Assembly: GCA_018971045.1 (NCBI GenBank)
Contig: JAGWVF010000002.1
Span: 65,133-129,132, forward strand
DNA from: Patescibacteria group bacterium
GTDB taxonomy: Bacteria > Patescibacteriota > Minisyncoccia > Phycocordibacterales > Phycocordibacteraceae
DNA: 64,000 nt
Reading direction: 5' to 3'
The position numbers were made by a program, and so were the translations under genes. Below are positions 55,741 through 64,000 of this stretch, piece by piece. The notes beneath the pieces were generated by a model. It was not told the origin of the DNA and did not search any database. It was given only the letters and a program-made list of their open reading frames with translations. Position 1 is the stretch's first letter; each line of letters begins with the position of its first letter.

Positions 55741-57805
55741 TTTCAAACTCCATCTTCCTTTTAATCCGGCGGGAGATCAGCCGGCGGCGATAGCCGCGCT
55801 TCTACGTGGCCTCGATGAAGGCATGCGCGATCAGATCCTCTTTGGAGCGACGGGAACGGGAAAGACCTTCACTATCGCCAATGTGATCGCCCGCCACGGA
55901 AAGCCGACGCTGGTCCTCGCGCACAATAAAACGCTCGCGGCGCAACTCGCGCAGGAGTACCGCGAATTCTTCCCTGAGAATGCCGTGCATTACTTCGTCT
56001 CCTATTACGATTACTATCAGCCGGAAGCGTATATCGCGCATTCGGATACGTATATCGAGAAGGAAGCGATGATCAACGCCGAGATCGACCGGCTCCGCCA
56101 CGCGGCGACGCAGGCGCTCCTCACGCGGAGCGACGTCATTATCGTCGCTTCCGTCTCGGCGATCTACGGCCTCGGCTCGCCGGAGGAATATGAGAGCGTG
56201 CATGTCAAAATCCAAACGCAGGAAGCCGTGGCAGGCGGACGGGGAGGGCTTATTCGAAAATTGATCGGCATCTATTTTGAACGCACGAACGCCGATCTGA
56301 ATCCGGGGCAATTGCGCGCGATCGGCAATTCGCTCGAATTTATGCCCGTCAACGAGCGCGTGCTGTACCGCATCGGCTTTGAGGGAGATATCGTCGCCTC
56401 GATCGATCAGCTCGACCCGGTCTCGCGCGCGCAGATGGCGGAGCCGACGTCCGTGTTCGTCTTTCCGGCAAAGCACTTCGTGACGAGCGAGAAGGAGCGC
56501 GATCGCGCCATCGAGGATATCAAGCTCGAACTCGAAGAGCAGCTGGCCAAATTCAAGCGCGAGGAGAAGCCGCTTGAAGCCGAGCGGCTGAAGCGCCGCA
56601 CGCTCCACGACCTCGCGCTCATCCGCGAACTCGGCTACACGAGCGGGATCGAGAATTACTCGCGCCATTTTGACGGGCGGAAGCCGGGGGAGCCGCCGCA
56701 TACCCTGCTCTCCTATTTCCCTCACGCCAAGGATGGATCGGCGGAATTTCTTACCGTGATCGACGAATCGCACGTGACGGTGCCGCAGATCGGAGGGATG
56801 TACGCGGGCGACAAGTCGCGCAAGGATGTTCTCGTCGAATACGGTTTTCGCCTCCCTTCGGCGCGCGACAACCGGCCGCTCACGTTTGAAGAGTTCGAGG
56901 CGCGCGTGGGGCAGATCATCTACACGAGCGCGACGCCGGGATCTTATGAAAAGAGCCGTGCCAAGCAGGTGGTGGAACAGGTGATTCGTCCGACCGGCCT
57001 CGTCGATCCCGAGCTATCGGTCCGACCCGTCATTGAAGGCGCGTCGAGCGGAGCGCCCGGCTATCCGGGACAAATCGCTGATTTCATTGCCGAAGCGGAG
57101 ACGGTCATCAAGCGAGGCGGCCGCGCGCTCGCGACTACGCTGACCAAGCAGATGGCCGAGGATCTCGCCGATTTTCTCAAAAAGAAGGGAATCAAGGCCG
57201 AGTATCTCCACTCCGACGTGAAGACCATTGATCGTATTGATATCCTGAGCACGTTCCGTCAAGGAGGTTTCGATATTCTAGTCGGGGTTAATCTCTTGCG
57301 CGAAGGGCTTGATCTGCCCGAGGTGGAGCTGGTCGGCATTCTCGACGCCGATAAGGAAGGATTTTTGCGCAGCGAGACGTCGCTCATCCAGACTATCGGC
57401 CGCGCGGCGCGGAACGTGCTGGGACGCGTTATCCTGTACGCGGACGTGATGACTGGATCTCTCGAACGCGCGATCAGCGAGACGAACCGCCGCCGCGCCA
57501 TTCAGATCGCCTATAATCAGAAGCACGGCATCACTCCGCAGACGATTAAAAAGGAGATTCACGATATCGCCGCTTCGATGCGCACCGAGCATCAGCGAAC
57601 CGTTCATGAACTTCTTGCTCTCGACACGCTTGCGTACAAGGACAATCCGAAGGAGTTCATCGCGCGCAAACGAGAAGAGATGGCGGAGGCGGTCGAGCGG
57701 CTCGACTTTGAGACGGCGGCGCTTCTCCGCGACGAAATCTACAGATTCGAAGGCACGACTCCCAAGGCGCGTAAACCCCGCGTTCGTAAACCGCTCAGTG
57801 GATAA
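55733..57805 (+). CDS. uvrB: excinuclease ABC subunit B
   Basis: Start trimmed to MDNFKLH, overlapping the tgt stop (ATGGATAA). Helicase motifs GATGTGKTF and DESH; C-terminal UvrB-UvrC interaction helix. Confidence 0.95.
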   Translation: MDNFKLHLPFNPAGDQPAAIAALLRGLDEGMRDQILFGATGTGKTFTIANVIARHGKPTLVLAHNKTLAAQLAQEYREFFPENAVHYFVSYYDYYQPEAYIAHSDTYIEKEAMINAEIDRLRHAATQALLTRSDVIIVASVSAIYGLGSPEEYESVHVKIQTQEAVAGGRGGLIRKLIGIYFERTNADLNPGQLRAIGNSLEFMPVNERVLYRIGFEGDIVASIDQLDPVSRAQMAEPTSVFVFPAKHFVTSEKERDRAIEDIKLELEEQLAKFKREEKPLEAERLKRRTLHDLALIRELGYTSGIENYSRHFDGRKPGEPPHTLLSYFPHAKDGSAEFLTVIDESHVTVPQIGGMYAGDKSRKDVLVEYGFRLPSARDNRPLTFEEFEARVGQIIYTSATPGSYEKSRAKQVVEQVIRPTGLVDPELSVRPVIEGASSGAPGYPGQIADFIAEAETVIKRGGRALATTLTKQMAEDLADFLKKKGIKAEYLHSDVKTIDRIDILSTFRQGGFDILVGVNLLREGLDLPEVELVGILDADKEGFLRSETSLIQTIGRAARNVLGRVILYADVMTGSLERAISETNRRRAIQIAYNQKHGITPQTIKKEIHDIAASMRTEHQRTVHELLALDTLAYKDNPKEFIARKREEMAEAVERLDFETAALLRDEIYRFEGTTPKARKPRVRKPLSG

Positions 57806-57866
57806 GTCCCGCAAGGCCTTGCCGCATGTTCTATACTCCTAAGGGAGCATCAAAAGAACGATTTCC

Positions 57867-58502
57867 ATGCCTTATTATCCAGACGACGATAAATCCCTCT
57901 ACATTAGTCCCACCGTTGGCATTTCGATCAGCCTTATTCTCTTGGTTGTTGGCGGCGGTCTTGGCGCTCTCACGTCTTGGTACCTCTCAAAGCCGGCGAT
58001 TGCGCCCGAGTGCAGTACTGCCGAGCTCAATCAGAAATATCAGAGCGGATTTGAAGCCGCGAAGCAATTGGTCGAGAACAGCAGCATCGGCGGCGCCTTT
58101 CGCCCTGCTACCGACGTGCGTACGCTCACCGGCACGGTTACCTCGGTGAGCGCTGATCGCTTCACCCTGAACAGTCCGTCCGTAAATCCCTTTGATGACC
58201 AATCAATGAATATTCGAACCGTCTTCTTTTCCGGAACAACGACGATTGTCGCGCTTATTCCTAAAGATCCCGTTGCGTATCAAAAAGAGATGGACGTCTT
58301 CGTCAGGTCAGCTCGTTTGGGCACGTCAACGCCGTTAAACGCGCCGTCTTCGACAACCGAGATCGCTAAGAAAACAGCGGATATCAAAGTCGGCGATGCG
58401 ATTACCGTTATTGCCGCCGAGAATATCAGATCCCTTAAGGAGTTTCCTGCGGATAAAATCGAGATCTTAATTCCTTCATCTCTTCATGCACCACTTCCAT
58501 AG
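57867..58502 (+). CDS. membrane-anchored hypothetical protein
   Basis: 211 aa. N-terminal TM helix and an extracytoplasmic Ser/Thr-rich domain. Confidence 0.5.
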   Translation: MPYYPDDDKSLYISPTVGISISLILLVVGGGLGALTSWYLSKPAIAPECSTAELNQKYQSGFEAAKQLVENSSIGGAFRPATDVRTLTGTVTSVSADRFTLNSPSVNPFDDQSMNIRTVFFSGTTTIVALIPKDPVAYQKEMDVFVRSARLGTSTPLNAPSSTTEIAKKTADIKVGDAITVIAAENIRSLKEFPADKIEILIPSSLHAPLP

Positions 58503-59961
58503 ATTCAATTCAGCGATAGCTGGCATAGGGTTGGCTTCCGTACTCTTTTTTACGGGCGGCGCGGTTGCGTATGCGAGCGGCGGAAATACGGCCTTTACGT
58601 GCCCGACCGGAACCTATATGACCGGCCTTTATTTTCCCAATCTGGCCGAAAGTAATTATCAAGATTTTTCCGGCGTTACGGCAACTTGCGTACCGGCGAC
58701 CATGGGCGCGCCCTTTTTCCCTACGGGAGGAGGAGGCGCGGGAGTTACCTGCTACCAGAGCCCGGGCCAATTCGGGGTCGAGTCCAGCGTCACTTTCCCG
58801 ATAGTGGGCGGAGTACCGACAGCCCTCGGAGTGCAGGGTACGTGCGCGGCCATCGTGACCAACTCCGCTTCCGTACCGGCTGTCTATTCAGAAGATCCTA
58901 CGTCATGGAGCCGGCTTGACTGCCCGCCGAACTCTTTTCTCAATTACTTCTATTTCCCGAACGCATGGAGCCCAACTCAGCCCGGCTTATACTTAAGTGG
59001 CGGATGCCAGGCTCTCCCTCCGACGGCAAGTCTCAGCGCTGCTCCAACCACAGTGAATTCAGGCGGCGCCACGCACTTAAATTGGGGCTCCGTTGGAGCG
59101 TCGAACTGCACGGCTGGCGGTCCGTGGAGCAATGCAAGCTCGCCTCTTTCAGGAAGCGGATGGGGTAACTCTCTGTTTGCCGACGCTATTTACACGTTCC
59201 AGTGCTCGGCATTCGGCGGCTTCCTGCAGTCGCTTCTCCAGTCAGTCACCGTGAGGGTGAATACCTGCAATTTGCCGTGGGGAGGAACGATAGCCGACGG
59301 ACAATCCGTTACCGCGTATCAAAGCGCATCGTCGGCGACCTGCCCCTCTGAGACGCGCGTTTGTCAGGGATCAACGCTGAGCGGAACGTATCAGTCGCAA
59401 AACTGCACATCGACGTCAAGCAACACGATCGTCGCCACTCTTACCGCAACGCCGAGTCAAGTCAAATTCGGGAAGTCGTCTGTTCTTACTTGGACGTCTC
59501 AGAATGCGACCGAATGTGACGCCGTCGGCGGATTTACGACCGGCGGCATGCCGAATAACGCCACGGGCGTCTCCGTCGGCCCGATCACTTCGGTTCAAAA
59601 TTATCAGATATTCTGTTTCTACCGGACGGCGGCGGGAGATATTACGAATCAAGCATATTCGAATATAGCGACGGTTACCGTTCCGACGCCGATCTCCATC
59701 AATGCTTCTCAGACTCGCGTGCCGCCGGGGAGTCAGGTAACTATCTCGTGGACCTCCACGCTGCCGGCGAATTCCTACAACTGCCAGCTCTTGGGGCCGA
59801 ATGTTCCCGCGCTCGGCAACTTAACCTTCCCCGGAAGCCAGAAAGTCGTGATTAATTCCCAATCGGTCTACACTATTTCCTGCACCGATCCGTTAGGCGG
59901 AACCCCGCCGCCGGCGGTCTCGGTGCGAGTGAACATTACCGGATCTTCTCGAGAGTTCTAG
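58486..59961 (+). CDS. secreted/surface Cys-, Thr-, Gly-rich protein with internal repeats (Ig-like modules)
   Basis: 491 aa. Signal/TM segment. Duplicated N-terminal modules ([14 protein letters not shown]... / [14 protein letters not shown]...) and repeated ...TWTS... beta-rich modules with paired Cys. Confidence 0.55.
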   Translation: MHHFHRFNSAIAGIGLASVLFFTGGAVAYASGGNTAFTCPTGTYMTGLYFPNLAESNYQDFSGVTATCVPATMGAPFFPTGGGGAGVTCYQSPGQFGVESSVTFPIVGGVPTALGVQGTCAAIVTNSASVPAVYSEDPTSWSRLDCPPNSFLNYFYFPNAWSPTQPGLYLSGGCQALPPTASLSAAPTTVNSGGATHLNWGSVGASNCTAGGPWSNASSPLSGSGWGNSLFADAIYTFQCSAFGGFLQSLLQSVTVRVNTCNLPWGGTIADGQSVTAYQSASSATCPSETRVCQGSTLSGTYQSQNCTSTSSNTIVATLTATPSQVKFGKSSVLTWTSQNATECDAVGGFTTGGMPNNATGVSVGPITSVQNYQIFCFYRTAAGDITNQAYSNIATVTVPTPISINASQTRVPPGSQVTISWTSTLPANSYNCQLLGPNVPALGNLTFPGSQKVVINSQSVYTISCTDPLGGTPPPAVSVRVNITGSSREF

Positions 59962-60021
59962 AGACTCGTCTCGTGTGGTACACTGAACGCGAACCTGCCC
60001 CGCCACGGGCAGGGAATTCGC

Positions 60022-62700
60022 ATGCCGAAACAAACCAAGAAAAAAGAAATCCCTCGAGATCCTGTCCGGGATAAGCAACATAAGCACGGAAGCGACTGGC
60101 TTTCCGTGAGAGGCGCCCGCACGCATAATCTGAAGAATATCTCGGTGGATATGCCGCGCGGCGCGATGACGGTGATCACCGGACTTTCCGGTTCGGGGAA
60201 GAGCTCGCTCGCCTTCGATACGATCTTCGCGGAAGGACAGCGGCGGTATGTCGAATCCCTCTCAGCCTACGCGCGCCAGTTCTTAAATCAAATGGCGAAG
60301 CCGGACGTCGACGAGATCAGCGGCCTCTCGCCGGCTATTTCAATCGACCAGAAAAGCCGCTCCAATAATCCGAGATCCACCGTCGCGACCGTTACCGAGA
60401 TTTACGATTATTTGCGCGTGCTCTATGCGCGCGCCGGACAGCCCTACTGCATCCATCACGATGTCCCGATCTCGCGCCTTTCAAAGGAGGAGATGATCAA
60501 GATGGTCTTTTCGCGCGTCGAGAAGAAGCGCAAAGGCGCGGCCGCAGGATCCGCGGAAAAGGTGATGGGCGTCGCCGTTGATAGAAGCGCGGTTACCGTC
60601 TACGCGCCCGTCGTGGTGGGGCGCAAGGGAGAATACTATCAACTGCTCTACGATCTGCTCGGGAAGGGCTACGAGCGCGCCGTCATTGACGGGAAGCCGT
60701 TCTCATTGCGCGAGAAGATTGAACTCGATCGAAATAAACAGCACTCAATCGACGCGGTCGTTGACTCCATCTACGTCTCCGAGTTTGCACGCTCGGCCGA
60801 GAGCGCGCGCGAGCGCCTCTCCGAGGCTCTGGAGCTCGCGCTTAAAGAAACCGGAGGGCTCGTGAAGATAGCCCATGCCGACGGTTCGGTCGAAACTCTC
60901 TCGTCGAGGTTTATTTGTCCGGAAGACGGCGCGTCTTTCCCCGAGGTGGAACCTCGCCTCTTCTCTTTTAATTCTCCGTACGGAGCGTGCCCGGAGTGCC
61001 ACGGCCTCGGCACCGAATCGCTCTTCTCCGACGCGCCGTGTCCGGTCTGCGGGGGGAAACGCCTGCGTCCGGAGGCCTTGCGCGTCTATTTGAAGAGCAA
61101 GAAGGACGCGACGCTCGGTAAAAACATCGTGGATTTCACCGGCATGTCGATTCGCGAGGCAAAGGAATTCGTCGATTCGATCGCGCTGTCCGAGATGAAG
61201 CGCGAGATCGCCTCGCCGATACTTAAGGAGATCGACAGCCGGCTCGCGTTCATGCTGAATGTCGGCCTCGATTACTTGACCCTGAATCGTTCGGCCGCGA
61301 CGCTCTCTGGCGGCGAGGCTCAGCGCATCCGCCTCGCGTCCCAGCTCGGGAGCGGGCTCACGGGCGCGCTCTACGTCCTTGACGAACCGACGATCGGACT
61401 CCATCAGCGCGACAACGACCGCCTCATCAAGACCTTATTGGTGCTCAAAGAGCTCGGCAATACGATCATCGTCGTCGAACACGATGAAGACACCATCTAC
61501 GCCGCCGATTATCTGGTAGATATCGGTCCGAGCGCGGGAATTCACGGCGGCACGGTCGTAGCCGCCGGATGGCTTGATGACCTGCTTACGGCGAAGAAAA
61601 ACGAGAGCGGTTCGGTAACGCTCGCGTATCTGCGCGAAGAGAAGGAGATCGCCATTCCTGAAGAGCGCCGCACGAGCGAGAAGGGGTGGATCAAGGTGCG
61701 CGGCGCGACGCTCCATAATATAAAAAATCAAAATATTGACGTGCCGCTCGGCAGGCTCGTAGGCATCACGGGCGTGTCGGGGAGCGGGAAGTCGACCTTT
61801 CTGTACGACATCCTGCACCGGAATATCGCGGCGCGCTTCATGCGCCGCGAAGCCGCGCTCGCGCACGCGAGCGCTCTGACCGGCACCGAGTATGTCGGCC
61901 GTGCGGTGCTTATCGATCAGTCGCCGATCGGCCGCACGCCGCGCTCGAATCCGGCCACCTATACGGGCGCGTTCACTCACATTCGCGATCTCTTCGCGGC
62001 GACCGCTGAAGCGCGAGCGCGCGGCTGGAAGCCGGGCCGATTCTCATTCAATGTCCCCGGCGGGCGCTGTGAAGCCTGTCAAGGGAACGGCTCCATCGCG
62101 GTCGAGATGCACTTCCTCCCGACGGTTTACGTAACCTGCGATATCTGCGGCGGCAAGCGCTTTATGAAAGAGACGCTCGAGATCACCTATCGGGGGAAGA
62201 ATATCCACGAAGTGCTCATGATGACGATCGAAGAGGCCGAACGATTTTTTGAAGATATTCCGGCCATTTCCGATCGTCTGCGGAGCTTAAACGCGACGGG
62301 GCTTGAATATCTCACGCTCGGCCAGAGCGCGACGACGCTCTCGGGCGGCGAGGCTCAGCGGGTGAAGATCGCGAGCGAGATGTACCGTCCGATGACGATG
62401 AAGACGATCTACCTTCTCGACGAACCGACAGTCGGCCTCCATTACGAGGACGTGCGCAAGCTCATCGAGATTCTCCAGGAACTCGTGCGCCGCGGCAATA
62501 CGGTCGTCGTGATCGAGCATAATCTCGACGTGATCAAAAGCGCCGATTATCTTATCGACTTCGGTCCCGAGGGAGGTCTTGACGGCGGCAAGGTTGTCGC
62601 GAAGGGCACGCCTGAAGAAGTGGCAAAGACCTCGGGATCGCACACGGGCGCCTATCTCGCGAAGACATTCTCGCGCCATGCAAAGAAGCGAACTCGATAG
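60022..62700 (+). CDS. uvrA: excinuclease ABC subunit A
   Basis: 892 aa. Two ABC ATPase modules ([14 protein letters not shown]; [13 protein letters not shown]) and zinc-finger Cys pairs. Confidence 0.95.
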   Translation: MPKQTKKKEIPRDPVRDKQHKHGSDWLSVRGARTHNLKNISVDMPRGAMTVITGLSGSGKSSLAFDTIFAEGQRRYVESLSAYARQFLNQMAKPDVDEISGLSPAISIDQKSRSNNPRSTVATVTEIYDYLRVLYARAGQPYCIHHDVPISRLSKEEMIKMVFSRVEKKRKGAAAGSAEKVMGVAVDRSAVTVYAPVVVGRKGEYYQLLYDLLGKGYERAVIDGKPFSLREKIELDRNKQHSIDAVVDSIYVSEFARSAESARERLSEALELALKETGGLVKIAHADGSVETLSSRFICPEDGASFPEVEPRLFSFNSPYGACPECHGLGTESLFSDAPCPVCGGKRLRPEALRVYLKSKKDATLGKNIVDFTGMSIREAKEFVDSIALSEMKREIASPILKEIDSRLAFMLNVGLDYLTLNRSAATLSGGEAQRIRLASQLGSGLTGALYVLDEPTIGLHQRDNDRLIKTLLVLKELGNTIIVVEHDEDTIYAADYLVDIGPSAGIHGGTVVAAGWLDDLLTAKKNESGSVTLAYLREEKEIAIPEERRTSEKGWIKVRGATLHNIKNQNIDVPLGRLVGITGVSGSGKSTFLYDILHRNIAARFMRREAALAHASALTGTEYVGRAVLIDQSPIGRTPRSNPATYTGAFTHIRDLFAATAEARARGWKPGRFSFNVPGGRCEACQGNGSIAVEMHFLPTVYVTCDICGGKRFMKETLEITYRGKNIHEVLMMTIEEAERFFEDIPAISDRLRSLNATGLEYLTLGQSATTLSGGEAQRVKIASEMYRPMTMKTIYLLDEPTVGLHYEDVRKLIEILQELVRRGNTVVVIEHNLDVIKSADYLIDFGPEGGLDGGKVVAKGTPEEVAKTSGSHTGAYLAKTFSRHAKKRTR

Positions 62701-63937
62701 ATTCAATCTCCCGGACGTGCCGGGAGTGTACCTCTTCAAGAAGGGCAGGCGCGTGATCTATATCGGCAAGGCGACATCGCTCCGCGATCGGGTGCGCTCC
62801 TACTTCGACGACGATCTCATCGCCGCGCGCGGCCCGCGCATCGTCGACATGGTCACGCAGGCGACCGCTCTTACGTATCAGAGCACCGCCACGGTTCTGG
62901 AGGCGCTGGTGCTTGAAGCCGCGCTCATAAAAAAATACCAGCCGAGAGCGAATGCGATCGGAAAAGACGATAAGAGCTTTTTATACGCCGTCATTACCCG
63001 GGAGCCGATCCCGCGCGTGCTCACCGTGCGGAAGAAGGACATCGATTTTGAAAAGAAGAGCGCGCCTCTCCCTCTGATGACGGAACTCGAATCGATCTAC
63101 GGGCCGTTCACGTCGGGGTCGCAGTTGCGAGAAGCGCTTCGGCTCATTCGCCGCATCTTCCCGTTCTTCGATACTCAAAAGCCCGTCGGTTCAAGAAGCA
63201 AGCATCAAGCGGCAAAGATAGAATTTAATGCGCAGATTGAGCAATACCCGCGCGACGTTACGGAATATCGCCGGACGATCCGGCACGTGAAGCTCTTACT
63301 GAGCGGCCGAGGGAAGGAACTGCGCGCGTCGCTTGCGCGCGAGATGAGGCGGGCGGCCCGCGACGAGCGTTTTGAAGAGGCGATGGAGGCCCGCCGTGCG
63401 CTCTTCGCGCTCGATCACCTGCAGGACGTCTCTCTCATTAAAGACGAACATCGGCGCGCCGATGGAGAGCCTCACGCCGAAGAAGGCAAGGGTATGCGAA
63501 TTGAAGCGTACGACACCGCGCACCTCGCGGGAACCAGCGCGATCGGGGTGATGACGGTCGTCGAGGGCGGCGAGCCAGTCAAAAGGGAATACCGGACCTT
63601 CCGCATCCGGGGCGTGAAAAAGAATGACGACGTCGGTTCGCTGAAAGAAATCCTTTCGCGCCGGCTCGATCATCCCGAATGGCCCTTCCCGGGCGTAATC
63701 GTGATCGACGGCGGCGCCGCGCAGAAGAGGGCGGCCGAGACGGTTTTGAAAGAGCGCGGATTCGCGATCCCGGTGGTCGGGGTCGTGAAGGATGAACGGC
63801 ATCGCCCCCGCGAGGTGATCGGCGCGCGGCGCGCGGGCGTCCTCGAGGCGGACGCCGTGCTCGCGAACGCGGAGGCGCACCGCTTCTCGCTCGCGCGCCA
63901 CCGCATCGCGCGCGCGCAAGCTCTGCATTTGAAATGA
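62678..63937 (+). CDS. uvrC: excinuclease ABC subunit C (short form lacking C-terminal HhH domain)
   Basis: Trimmed to MQRSELD; overlaps the uvrA end by 23 nt. GIY-YIG N-terminus (GVYLFKKGRRVIYIGKA) and RNase-H-like endonuclease region (IEAYDTAHLAGTSAIGVMTV). Stops after about 419 aa. Confidence 0.85.
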   Translation: MQRSELDRFNLPDVPGVYLFKKGRRVIYIGKATSLRDRVRSYFDDDLIAARGPRIVDMVTQATALTYQSTATVLEALVLEAALIKKYQPRANAIGKDDKSFLYAVITREPIPRVLTVRKKDIDFEKKSAPLPLMTELESIYGPFTSGSQLREALRLIRRIFPFFDTQKPVGSRSKHQAAKIEFNAQIEQYPRDVTEYRRTIRHVKLLLSGRGKELRASLAREMRRAARDERFEEAMEARRALFALDHLQDVSLIKDEHRRADGEPHAEEGKGMRIEAYDTAHLAGTSAIGVMTVVEGGEPVKREYRTFRIRGVKKNDDVGSLKEILSRRLDHPEWPFPGVIVIDGGAAQKRAAETVLKERGFAIPVVGVVKDERHRPREVIGARRAGVLEADAVLANAEAHRFSLARHRIARAQALHLK

Positions 63938-64000
63938 TATACTGGATTGATGCAAACTATCGTCGGAGTTCTGCGAGGCGGGACGGGCCGGGAACACGAC

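Noticed and set aside
1-64000. CRISPR arrays, rRNA genes, IS/transposases, integrase genes
   Set aside because: I scanned for short regularly spaced direct repeats, rRNA signatures and transposase or integrase-like ORFs. None were seen.

Overview
This 64 kb window is a gene-dense, GC-rich (about 60%) bacterial chromosomal segment with roughly 65 protein genes, two tRNAs and at least one unannotated structured RNA. Many genes have 4-nt ATGA start/stop overlaps and few have Shine-Dalgarno sequences. Several universal proteins are shortened: alanyl-tRNA synthetase is 621 aa, UvrC lacks its helix-hairpin-helix tail, and RpoD and TopA carry Lys-rich tails. I infer from these traits that the host is a reduced-genome bacterium, possibly Patescibacteria/CPR-like. 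Housekeeping content includes rpoD, hisS, prmC, mltG, mnmA, a MurE-type ligase, asnB, ung, alaS, miaA, a peroxiredoxin, parB, rel/spoT, topA, dprA, serS, an FtsQ-like gene, dus, dnaX, tgt and uvrB/uvrA/uvrC. It also includes tRNA-Leu(CAA) and tRNA-Gln(TTG). The best candidate for an undescribed system is a cluster at 49.0-53.9 kb. It encodes a 924-aa P-loop ATPase of the TraD/VirD4/HerA-FtsK-like clade with a ~400-aa N-terminal domain of unknown function. The ATPase is translationally coupled to a 586-aa two-helix membrane protein and followed by a small acidic protein. The ATPase N-domain has a clear paralogue 40 kb away (7956-9317) that is fused to two N-terminal transmembrane helices, so the system looks like a split membrane-anchor/ATPase pair. 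Second priorities are: an mnmA / small-TM-protein / ATP-cone+Mrr-like nuclease operon; two solitary Cas4-like PD-(D/E)XK nucleases, one with an Fe-S cysteine signature; a 616-aa lower-GC orphan protein; a ~265-nt promoter-to-terminator ncRNA locus (29491-29790); and a hairpin-rich 385-nt region after tRNA-Gln that carries a 10-nt repeat of the tRNA 3' end. No CRISPR array, rRNA or transposase was seen.
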